From the human T2T-CHM13v2.0 reference genome, Homo sapiens: DNA of 64,000 nt. Shown in pieces: positions 1 through 43,464 of the stretch (the first letter of the stretch is position 1; every line of letters begins with the position of its first letter). The DNA lies in assembly GCF_009914755.1 (NCBI RefSeq), contig NC_060938.1, one strand, 5' to 3'. The translations under genes were made by a program, and so were the position numbers. The notes under the pieces are model-generated. The model saw only the letters and a program-made list of their open reading frames with translations, searched no databases and was not told the origin of the DNA.

Positions 1-430
1 AGATTGCACCACTGCACTCCAGCCTGGGCAACAGAGCGAGCCTCCGTCTCAAAAAATAAAAATAAAAATAAAAATAAATAATAAGCATTTAGGCCAGGTG
101 CGGTGGCTCATGCCTGTAATCCCAGCACTTTGGGAGCCGAGGCGGGCGGATCACCTGAGGTCAGGAGTTCGAGATCAGCCTGGCCAACATGGTGAAACGC
201 TTTCTCTACTAAAAATACAAAAATTAGCCTGATGTGGTGGTAGGTGCCCGTAATTCCTGCTACTCAGGAGGCTGAGGCACAAGGATCACTTGAACCCGAG
301 AGGAGGAGGTTGCAGTGAGCAGAGATCACGCCACTGCACTCCAGCCTGGGTGACAGAGTGAGACTCTGTCTCAAACAAACAAACAAACAAACAAAAAAAC
401 AAAAAAAAAAAAAAAGAAAGAAAGAAAAAA
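1..430 (+). mobile_element. Alu 3' end (1-80) and full AluS (91-430) with (AAAC)n/A/(AAAG)n tail
   Basis: GGCCAGGTGCGGTGGCTCA head, dimeric structure, A-rich tail. Confidence 0.9.
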
Positions 431-714
431 GAAACATTATAAGGAATTAAAATAATTTTTTACACACATTTTCTAAAAGCCTTTGAGATATTACCTAAGT
501 TGCTTAATAATTAGCTAGTACAACATCTTGGTAAAGTATCATGATTTTCTTATTTGTCAGTTGTTCATTTTACACCTTTTTTGCTTTTCTACTTTTAAAG
601 ATTCCTCCAACTTATAAAATGATTGAAAAAATTAAAATGCAAAATAGGTTCTTATTCAACATTTGAATTATCCATATAACTAAGAAAACATTAGGAAATA
701 AAAACTTTATGCTG

Positions 715-3987
<3,273 letters not shown>

Positions 3988-3989
3988 TG

Positions 3990-4590
3990 TAAATTCAGTG
4001 GTTTTTAGTATCATCAATTGTGCAACTATCACCAAAATCTATTTTTAAACTATTTTTATCACCTCAGAAAGAAACCCTGTACCTATTAGTAATCACTTCC
4101 CATCTTCTTTTACCCCCATCCCAGCTCTAAGCAACCAGTAACGTACTGTCTCTATAGGTTTGTGTATTCTAAACATTTCATATACACTGAATCATATAAT
4201 ATGATCTTTTGTGACTGGCTTCTTCACACAATGTTTTCAAGATCATTGGGTTGTAGCATGTATTATTACTATCTTTTAACCTACGTAAAATTTCATCGTA
4301 TGGATATACCACATTTTATTTATCCATTCATCAGCTGAGAGACATTTGTCCCCACCTCCCCTCACTTTCTGGCTTTTATACATAATGTGCTGTCAATGTT
4401 TATGTACAAGTTTTTGTGTTGGACATGTTTTCCTTTCTCTTGACTATGTATCTAGGAGTGAGACTGCTAGGTCATATAGTAACTCCATCTTTAGCATTTT
4501 GAGTAACTATCAAACTGTTTTCCAAAGCATTTGCACCATTTTAAAATCCTACCAGCAATGTAGGAGGGTTCCAACTTCTCAACATCAACC
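3990..4590 (-). mobile_element. L1MB-like 3' end
   Basis: TTTTGTGACTGGCTTCTT, TATCCATTCATCAGCTGA and CTGTTTTCCAAAG phrases of the antisense L1 3' UTR/ORF2 end. Confidence 0.75.
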
Positions 4591-5424
4591 TAAAGTAATT
4601 TTCAAGCTTCATTTTATCCCATAAATTGTGGGTCCCATGTTGTCAGAATGCAGGTAGGTTTTAAGGAAGTTGCATTCACTCATTTCTTTGCAAAGAAGCT
4701 TCAAATACAATTTTTTTTTTCTGTAAGAAAATGGAGTTGGACAAGTTTATTCTGAGACATTTTCAAACTTGAAAAGTCTGTGCTTTTCTGAATTCATACA
4801 GAAAGCATGGCTCTTATTTTTGCACCTTGCAGTTTGACTTAAATATTAATGCTTGTTTGACAAGGAAAATAATGTTTGTTTGGCAAGGAAATTAAACAAA
4901 AGATTGAGTCCAAAAACTGAGTCGTTATAAGCAAACCACGTATAGTCTCTATGAGTTGTCCTTTCCTGCCTGTTTTCAAGCCAAAAACTTGTCATATTTT
5001 CTATTTCTTCAGTTGCTTTTGAAAAGTTCAGGTATTATTTTATTAATGTATGAACAATTCAGTAAATAAAAAAAAAGAAGAAAATGAACCCACTTTCTAT
5101 ATAGGTAACTTTCAATGTAAAAAAAATTACAACAATAATTCCCATTTAGGTTATTAGGTTCATAGTATTGGATGATACCATTTACAGTATTAAAGCTACG
5201 TTGTACTTTTATTCACAAAAGTCACAAATTTTGAACCTTTATTTTTTCCTCTTGGCTTAAGCACCCAGCAGATTTATAAATCATCTCATACATTTGACAA
5301 TTACTCAAGCAACTCTCACATTATGAGGGAATGCAAAACCAAAATAAGGCAAAACACATTTTCTATTAGAATCTATTGATTTCTGTGGTTAATAGTAGGT
5401 TATGAAATTTAAAATACAGATGCA

Positions 5425-5610
5425 GCATAACAAAAGGGCATGGTCTTTGGAGTTCAGATAGGAATAGGGTTGAATCCTGGCTCTGCCATTTACTAACTGT
5501 GTAACTTTTGGAAAGGTTCTTACCTTCACTAAAACTCAGTTTACTCATCTGTTAAATAGGGTTAATAGCTCCTGCATCATTGGGTTGTTAGGGTCAACAG
5601 CTAATGCATC
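5425..5610 (+). mobile_element. MIR
   Basis: GGGTTGAATCCTGGCTCTGCCATTTACTAACTGTGT...CTCAGTTTACTCATCTGT core. Confidence 0.75.
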
Positions 5611-5717
5611 TCGTATAAAATATGTGTCAGCAAATTTTATGTGTTTTTTATTCTCTGAAAATCTTCCTTGATGACTCTTGGTATAGGAGTCTGTGATTTA
5701 GGTCAGTATGGAAGCTG

Positions 5718-10640
<4,923 letters not shown>

Positions 10641-10859
10641 CCTCATGCCACACGCACAAATAATAATAATAAAAATAAATAAAATAAAATGACAGTTAGT
10701 TGTCTCTAGGCAAATATATAGACATTTAAAAACTAAGTTGAATAACTCCACATACAGAATATTGAAGGTGGTGGTAGTAATGTCTCCTTGGTATCCTACA
10801 GTTTGAATATTTACCTCATATTTATTAAAAAATGTGTTAAGCATATAAAGTGATCTCCA

Positions 10860-11320
10860 CTTAGCCATGGTTTTTCTTTCCGTAGTTTCAATTACCTGTG
10901 GTCAACTGTAATCTGAAAACAGCACACAAAAATTTCCAGAAATAAAAAACTCCTAGGTTTTAAACTGCATGCCATTCTGAGTAGCATGATGAAATTTCAC
11001 GCCATCTTGCTCTGTATCCCAGAAGTGAATTATCTCTTTATCCAGGGGATCCACACTTGTCTCCACTACCCACCTGTTAGTCACTTAGTAGCGTCTTCTT
11101 TGTCAGATCAAGCCCTTTGTCTCCTTATCGAAGGGCTGGTGGTAAAGTAAGGCTTATTTCTCGTTCTTTTTTGTTTGTTTTTTAAATTTTCTTTTTTTTT
11201 AATTTTCATTTTTTTGTTTGCTTTTCAAGTAATGCTTATTTTACTTAAGAATGGCCCCAAAGCACAGAGTAGTGATGCTGGCAAGTTAGATATGCCAGAG
11301 AAGCCATGAAGTGCTTCCTT
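10860..11320. mobile_element. MER44/Tigger7-like DNA transposon remnant
   Basis: TTCCGTAGTTTCAATTACCTGTGGTCAAC...AAATTTCCAGAAATAA...AATGGCCCCAAAGCACAGAGTAGTGATGCTGGCAA. Confidence 0.65.
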
Positions 11321-11324
11321 GATT

Positions 11325-16536
<5,212 letters not shown>

Positions 16537-16539
16537 GCC

Positions 16540-17017
16540 TAAAAAGACACATGCACATGTATGTTCAATGCAACACTATTCACAATAGCAAAGACATGGA
16601 ATCAACCTAAATGTCCATCAATGGTAGAGTGGATAAAGAAAATGCGGTACATATATACCAAGGAATACTATGCAGCCATAGAAAAGAACAAGATCATGTC
16701 CTTTGCAGGAACACAGACGGACCTGGAGGCCATTATCCTTAACAAACTAACACAGGAACAGAAAACCAAATACCACATGTTCTCACTTACAAGTGGGAGC
16801 TAAATGATAAGAACACATGGACACATAAAGAGGAACAACAGATACTGAGGCCTATTGGAGAATAGAGGTTGCGAGGAGGGAGACGATCAGAAAAAATAAC
16901 TAAAGGGTACCACACTTACCACCTGGGTGACAAAATAATCTGTACAGCAAACCCCCATGTCACAACTTTATCTATATAACAAACTTACACACATATCCCT
17001 GAACTTAGAAGTTAAAT
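16540..17017 (+). mobile_element. L1PA/PB 3' end (ORF2 C-terminus + 3' UTR)
   Basis: Track ORF 16561..16803 reads LFTIAKTWNQPKCPS...KYHMFSLTSGS, the L1 ORF2 C-terminus. Confidence 0.9.
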
Positions 17018-17051
17018 ACCCCTCCCAATACTATATACCTAAACAAATTAA

Positions 17052-23679
<6,628 letters not shown>

Positions 23680-24286
23680 TAAAACCATTTAAGATCATAA
23701 GAAATAAACACTCATGATTTAATTTTAAAAAACCCACACTGAAGTGATGTTTTAGAAACAAGCATTCAAACTTAGGATCACAAAAAACTGGAGCAAGATG
23801 TGTCCTTGGACAGCATTTAGTTTGCTCATTTAAAATGAGGAACTAGAGGCCTAGAGGTGTTAAGTGGTTTGCTTATGGCCATACAGTAATATCCTAGGTC
23901 AAGTAAATTTGTCAGCTTTATAAAAGCTCTTATCAAAGTTCAACATACTATTTCGGTACAGTACCAAAAAAAGGGGTTAGAAGGCAGTAGTGACTGATAA
24001 AATAGCAAAGTGTTACAAGAAAGAGTCATACACTTCTGTTTTGTTGATATTCCTTAATTTGCATTGCAGAGACAAAGTAGTAAAGGAAATCAGACACGTG
24101 GTCTTTGAAATCCCAAATTCCATTGTCATCATAAACTAGAATATAAGTGTCTACCTATGTCATAACTTATTATTCTTTTACTTTAATAAATAAAGCCACA
24201 CTGTCACCTTGGATGGTGACAGGCAAAGCTGTTGCTAGCAGAAGAAAATGCTTTCTAAATGTTGATGTCTGCAAGCTGGACAGTAC

Positions 24287-24408
24287 CCCATAAAGGACTA
24301 TGCTAGGCCTGGAGCTGATGTCAACCAACACCTTTCCTGATATGTCAGAGAGTACATGATGATAAATGAATTTCATTTCCATGAGAGAGAAGTAATGAGA
24401 AATAAATC
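24287..24408 (-). pseudogene. Fossil exon 4: (G)FISHYFSLMEMKFIYHHVLSDISGKVLVDISSRPSIVLYG (eroded SAM-binding motif I)
   Basis: 122 nt, phase 1 to 0, inside track ORF 24170..24484. Donor GGG|GTACTG. The acceptor reads tctctGG instead of tctctAG. Confidence 0.85.
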
Positions 24409-25567
24409 CCAGAGAATTAGAAGAGTGAACATCAAATTTTGCTTGGGTATAAGTAATTGCATTCTGGACTTCTAATTCTTTCATCTATATTTCATCTGTA
24501 AAGTATATTTCATGTTTTTGTTCCTTAATCAATGAAAATCATCCAGAAGTTATTTGGAAAAAATTCGTGTGATAATTTTTTACTCATCCACTCTGACTTA
24601 GAACAAATATTAAGTCTGACATTTAAGAGGCCTTTAGGGAACAACTACTTAGAAGACCGTCTCTATTCCTGTGCCCCTCATTTCCTTCTTGCTGCTGCTT
24701 TAGAGTCCTGGGTTTTTTTCCTTTCTCTACTTCCTATGGCCTGTTGTGCCTGGGACAGCGTCATAACTTCCATACCATCCGGCTTTCTCACCTTACACCA
24801 GAACTAACCACAGAAGTACTATGTATTGCTGCATAGACTGTAGACTACGAAATGTATGACTGGCTCTGGAGCTATACAGAGTGGCAGCCCTCATCAACCT
24901 GGAATAGATTATGGAGGGCAAGAGAGGAGTGGTGTGAAAGATTCACATACACCCATAAATTGCTTTTATCCCACTTAGTTTAACTGCCACCATTTCTAGC
25001 CTGGTAATCTATCTTCTCATCCTAGTTTCTGTCATGAAATATCTAAGATAGCCTGAGTCTGGTTTTCTTCTGATATGTAGGTAACCCAAAGACTTATCTT
25101 ATGTTCTATGTAATAATGATCAGGAAGGGGAGAAACCTTGGTCCTAAGTAACAGAGGGTGAAAAGTAAAATAGAAGCAGGTAGGCCTATCCCTTAGAAGA
25201 GAATAAAAGGTGTAACTAGGCCTCTGGAGTCATTCTTGGGGGTTGGGCTGTAAGCAGTGTAGTCGTTATCTCCCTAGGATCCTCATCTTCTCTATCCTCT
25301 TTGCCACACTAGTGCTTCTTTGGGTTACAGAGTCACCACTACAGTCTTGTAGCTAGACATGCCCCTTGTGACAGAGAGGGGGAAAGTCCCTTATGGTGAT
25401 AACTGTTTCAGATTCATTATAGTTCTCTACAATGGGGAGGCTGGCCTGTTTACCCAGTAATTAAAAATAAGATTTTTACGGGAAGACACATCCTAATCTT
25501 CGAATTTTTATCTGTCAGACATAGCTCTTCTATAAATATTTTTAACAGGATGTTAACAGTTATTAAC

Positions 25568-30085
<4,518 letters not shown>

Positions 30086-31151
30086 AAAATGAGAACTAAT
30101 TCTAAAAATAAAGGAATAGAAGAATAAGTAAAAGTGTAAGGGGCAAATGTAGAAGAAAGAAACAAAAAGGTGAGCTTCATCATTAATACAAGTGAGGGAA
30201 CTGGAACAGAGGAAAAAACAAGGACATGGATGTAGTTAGGATCACATCATTGGCTCTTGTTGGGCCTTGATTGTTTTTCCAGAGCCTGGCAAACAGGATA
30301 CTCTCAAAAAATATTTGTTGAATGAATAGTACTGATGAGTCAAAGGGTTGAGGACTCAAAAGAATTGGGGACATGGCTGAAGCACTACATGAAAAACTGT
30401 TTAAAACCAAATTTAGGGCTGATTAGGCTAAAGAGACTGTGGGGTTAGGAAGAATAGGAGAAACTTTAAGAAGCACTCACAGTAAATTTAACATATTTAC
30501 TTTTATTTGTCTCTTCATGAACTATCCTCAGTCAATGATGTCAGACATTCACTTCTCCTCTTGCTTTTTTATCTAAGTGTTGCATTATCAGAATGCACAT
30601 CAGGTGCATTCTGGTGTGACACCATAAGCTGAGACTTTCCCATTGCTCATCAGTGAATGCTAACTGACCTGATCTCTTAATTTTCTTTCTGTATGCTCCC
30701 TGCAGTGTGGTCTCTGGAATCCCTCCTGGTGTCGGCCAGTCCTGGTGGTAGTTTTGCATAGTTGAGCTGGTTTCTGCAGTACGATATAATGCTGCAGAGG
30801 CAAGGTGCAGGAATGTTGTTGCTGTTATTTTTGAGGAAAAAGGATGACGTGCTGCCTTGGCATAAGGAAACCACTCGGGCCCGACTGCTCTGTCAAATGA
30901 CTTCCACACCTCTCTGAACTTGAGTATCTCATCTATTACCCTAGGGATTAAGATTAAAGCAGAACCAAAATACTAAAGAAAATTGTTTTTTATGAACACC
31001 ATCATCTTCTGGGGTTCTTTTGTGACTGATGAATCTGAGCTATGAATGGTTGCGCAGTTCCACTAACCTTAATGGAAAGTATCCTGATGAGAGACTAGTG
31101 GCACCATCTATACCCTGCCATTTTAGATTCATAAGTAGCGATGTCAATTCA

Positions 31152-39897
<8,746 letters not shown>

Positions 39898-39930
39898 TAC
39901 ACACACATACACACACACACACACACACAC
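39898..39930 (+). repeat. (CA)n microsatellite in an Alu tail
   Basis: Interrupted CA run. Confidence 0.85.
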
Positions 39931-40154
39931 TCTCGCATACAGGCATAGGATAGTTTGCTATAGTTAACAAACATAAGAATATCCTATTTTCTTGAGCTTT
40001 CATCAGGCTTTACTTTGCCAGAATACATCTATCCCATTTTTCAGTAACTAGATCTAGCTACCACATTTCCTCAGTTTTAACGTGTGTGTTTAAAGAGACA
40101 GGGTCTTGCGTCGCTCAGGCTGGAGTGAAGCAGCGGGATCAAAGCTCACTGCAG

Positions 40155-40278
40155 CCTTTTTCTGTCTATAAATCTTCAACACTTGGCTGCGCTGCAATCT
40201 CTCTGAGCCTGCCCGATTCGTGAATCATTCTTTGCTCAAAATGTTAAATTTAACTTGGCTAAGGTTTTTCGTTTAACA
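40155..40278 (+). mobile_element. MER57-like LTR 3' fragment
   Basis: CCCGATTCGTGAATCATTCTTTGCTCAAA...TGTTAAATTTAAC...GTTTTTCGTTTAACA end. Confidence 0.6.
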
Positions 40279-40508
40279 CTTCCTACTAACGCTACAGCCT
40301 AAAACCTCTCCTGCAAAATGCTTTTTCAGGTGGCAACGTACCAATTCTAACAAGTTTGTGGGAGTAATGGGGAGGAGGGCTAACCCTCTATTTTCTTTCA
40401 GAAAAAGGGTTAGGCACAAGGAGCTCTAAAGGCTTGTCCGAAGTCTGCTGAAAACTCACAAACCACTCAGAACCAGGTTTCCCACACCCAATTAATTCCA
40501 AGTGGTAC

Positions 40509-40971
40509 TGTATCCGATTACCCCCATTTTCCAAGAGATAGTTTATTTTTTCCCCTCTTTTCCCCTCCCCACTACACTTTCCACTTAGCCCTTTTTGAAC
40601 AGCAAAATAACCTCTCAACTCCCCTCACCAGACCATTCTCTACAGAGCAAATTCATCTACGAGATCCAAGACGCAACTCCCACCGCCAGGCGGTCGCCTC
40701 AGAAGGGTAAGCAGAAAGCATGCCCACTTGGCCACTTTTACAACTTATTTCTGCTCAGAAATGCACCAACTCAACTACCCGGTAGATAAGGCACCAGCTA
40801 GCAGAGACCTCTTGCTCATTTCCTCTTGTACCTTATAAAATGCCCGCTTTTTTGCTCCAAAGGCGAAGCGGGCTGGCTTCAGAAATAAAATCCCTCTTCT
40901 TGTATACCAGGGCTCGCTCTTGTTAATTGGTGTCTACGTGTGGCGAGCAACTAACTCTCTTTTCCGTTAGA
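40509..40971 (+). mobile_element. Solo ERV1 LTR (MER67-like)
   Basis: TGTATCCGA start, CCGTTAGA end, 4-bp TSD GTAC/GCAC (1 mismatch), TATAAAA at 40834, AATAAA at 40884. Confidence 0.65.
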
Positions 40972-41012
40972 GCACTCAAAGCCCTGGTCCGTTAGAGCAC
41001 TCAAAGCCCTGG
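40963..41012 (+). repeat. Perfect 25-bp tandem duplication
   Basis: TCCGTTAGAGCACTCAAAGCCCTGG x2. Confidence 0.95.
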
Positions 41013-41158
41013 TCAATCTACCCCCCAAGACAGCAGAGACCAGCACAACGATCCCAAGGAAGGCTGTTGGCTTCACCCCGCTTAAGTCCTCAAAGTCAGC
41101 GCCTGCAGCATATCCTTGCCCCCACCACCTGCCTCTAGCTCTGGTCACTTACACTTAC

Positions 41159-41294
41159 GGTTAGTTCGCATCCACTGTAACAGCGCCTGGCGGTCGGCAG
41201 GAGCCACAGTGCGAAGCGGCCGCAGCATCACTGCCTGCCTCGCAGTGGGAAATTTTACCTTGCTGGAGCAAGCCGCGCAGGCACTGGCTGGCAT
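41159..41294 (-). pseudogene. Fossil exon 1: (MPASACAACSSK)VKFPTARQAVMLRPLRTVAPADRQALLQWMRTN, ending phase 1
   Basis: Open frame from ATG 41294 to donor AACC|GTAAGT (41159/41158). A second GTAAGT follows immediately (41152-41147). The LLQWMRT end resembles my recollection of the orthologous N-terminus. Confidence 0.65.
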
Positions 41295-41307
41295 TGCGCA
41301 TGCGCAA
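41294..41307. promoter_or_regulatory. NRF1 site (perfect palindrome TTGCGCATGCGCAA)
   Basis: Contains the NRF1 consensus TGCGCATGCGCA at 41295-41306. Confidence 0.8.
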
Positions 41308-41361
41308 GCAGAGACCGCCCCACCCTCCGCGGAACAAGCCTCCGGTCTGCAAAGCCCTAAG

Positions 41362-41389
41362 CCCCGCCCCTCTACGGAGGTCTCACGTG
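41362..41389. promoter_or_regulatory. GC box CCCCGCCCC (41362-41370) and E-box CACGTG (41384-41389)
   Basis: Motif matches upstream of the minus-strand first exon. Confidence 0.5.
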
Positions 41390-41657
41390 CGCCTGGGGAT
41401 CCCTGCCTTCAGTCACACCTCTATCTCTCATCTTTCCGCTCTTAGCTGGGAGTGCTCCGCCTAGTCACTTTTCTTAAGGTGGCTCGTCGAGGCCTGACTT
41501 CTTCCCCGAAATCACGTCCCTAGACAGCCTCCTATTTTACCACTAACTTTACTCCTGCAGTTATTCAGCGGTAGGAAACTGAAACCAAAAACCAGTGTAA
41601 GCAAGTAAACATCTAAACTGTTTCAGGAGCCGCGTAGAAGGAACGCGGCGGTGTACC

Positions 41658-41671
41658 CCGGAAGCGGAAGT
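41658..41671 (+). promoter_or_regulatory. Tandem ETS/GABPA site CCGGAAGCGGAAGT
   Basis: Two adjacent CGGAAG cores, typical of GABP-bound housekeeping and bidirectional promoters. Confidence 0.75.
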
Positions 41672-41708
41672 AGATTCTCCTACAGAAAGGCTGGACTACG
41701 CGGAGTGG

Positions 41709-41732
41709 TGACGTTTCCTCATTGGGCGGAAG
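41709..41732 (+). promoter_or_regulatory. CRE half-site TGACGT (41709), inverted CCAAT ATTGG (41721), GC box GGGCGG (41724) and ETS CGGAAG (41727) cluster
   Basis: Motif matches only, close to the presumed SRP54 TSS. Confidence 0.5.
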
Positions 41733-41944
41733 GTTCGCTGGCACTCCGTTGGTCTTCCAGCTGGTGGGAGTTGACGACGCGGTGCTGGGCGTTGGGACCC
41801 TACTTTATCTAGTTCGGGAAGTTGGGTTGTGGGGTCATACCTGTCTGTCTGCTCCCAGCTTTCTTGGGTTTCTTCCGACGGCGTGGGGCCTCGCTAAGGA
41901 ATTCCCGGCCCCTCAGGGCCACGGCTTTAGCGGTGTCTTTTGCG
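41721..41944 (+). other. SRP54: SRP54 exon 1 (5' UTR, non-coding); start approximate
   Basis: Lies in the CpG island and contains no ATG. Ends at the consensus donor TTTGCG|GTAAGT (41944/41945). Splicing to 55475 gives ...TTTTGCGAGTTCTTCGTAAG..., matching my recollection of the SRP54 mRNA 5' UTR. Confidence 0.85.
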
Positions 41945-43134
41945 GTAAGTGTCTGCTTTTTCCCGCCCCAGACTACGGAGGGGGAGCGAGGGGCAGCCCC
42001 AGCGCTGCTCAGGAGGCGAGAGACTCCGGGGGAAGTCGGCCTCCGTGGCCACCGGCCATCGTTACCGAGACTGAGTTTCTGTGGCTCTTTATCTCTTGTC
42101 TTCCATGAGAAGTTTTATTAAAGATGCGCTGTGCCCCTTTTGAGTTGTCTTCCGATTTACCTGAGCCAAATAAGATGTAGGCAGTTGCAGGCCTGAGTCT
42201 TCGTTTTGCTTTCCTGAGCAAGAATTTAGATGAAGCTACTTCCCCGAAAATCCTTTTACTTGTACGAGACTTTTATTTTTCCTGTGTGTTTGTAGTGCTT
42301 AACACAATGTCCTGCGTGTAGTAGACGTTCAATAAACGAATATGGAATATCAGTTGAATGCCAATGATGATTTAAGATAGACTGATAGCTCTCTCTGTAC
42401 CATTTGACGCTGCTGACCATCCATTTCTTGAAACTTTCCCCTGCTGCCTTTCTTCATGCTATCCTCACCTGATTCTTTCACATGCTTAATTTAACAAAAT
42501 ATATACTTGTTCTTGGCTACAAGGATACAGAAATGAATAACACTAACTCTGCCATTGAGAAGCTAACGCACATAAATACACATTATATCAAGATGGGTAA
42601 TGAGAAACACTAGTTGCATATAAAGAGCTGTAGAAAGCTGTGGGAGAGCTAAAGTGCTCCTTAGGTGCTTTGTGACCCTGAGCCAGTTTCTATTCCAATC
42701 TAGCCTCAATTTCCTCATCTACTTAATAGGCTTGTTATGAGGAAGAAAGGAGATTAGGTAAGAGGTTTGGTTTGGTTTAGTGCCTAGAATACAGCAATCG
42801 TGGTGCCAAAGGGGAGGGAAATATTTCCCTCAAATCGCTTTTTCTCAGTTTTTTGATATGGCCAACTGGTATTTTCTACCTTAATATAGAGTACTATGCA
42901 AAAGCATCTTCAAGTCTTCCTTCCAGATTACTCCTCTGTCCCCATCTATTTGGAAATTCTGGACCTGCCACAGGATTACAGTAAGATAACCATAAATGTA
43001 GCTTTTTAAAAATTGATTTTCTCCTATGTGCCATGGAGAAAGGGAAAGGGAATTAGTAAAAGCTCCTATCTCTTTGGTTATTTTCAGTCTTGGTTAACGC
43101 CGTCCTTTTAGTTGGCCCTCAGTCATTGCTATAA

Positions 43135-43464
<330 letters not shown>

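Larger units (their letters stand above)
41100..42070. promoter_or_regulatory. CpG island / bidirectional promoter for SRP54 and the divergent antisense unit
   Basis: High GC and CpG density relative to the CpG-depleted flanks. First-exon donors face outward on both strands (41945 on +, 41158 on -). Confidence 0.9.

Noticed and set aside
16561-16803. 80-aa ORF
   Set aside because: L1 ORF2 C-terminal remnant, not a host gene.
30541-30909. 122-aa minus-strand ORF
   Set aside because: GTG start, no recognisable domain, and it does not fit the phase needed for the missing exon.
41116-42121. GC-rich ORFs over the promoter (41116..41445, 41722..42108, 41822..42121)
   Set aside because: Non-ATG starts in a stop-poor CpG island. 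Two of them read through the SRP54 exon 1 donor. No recognisable protein.
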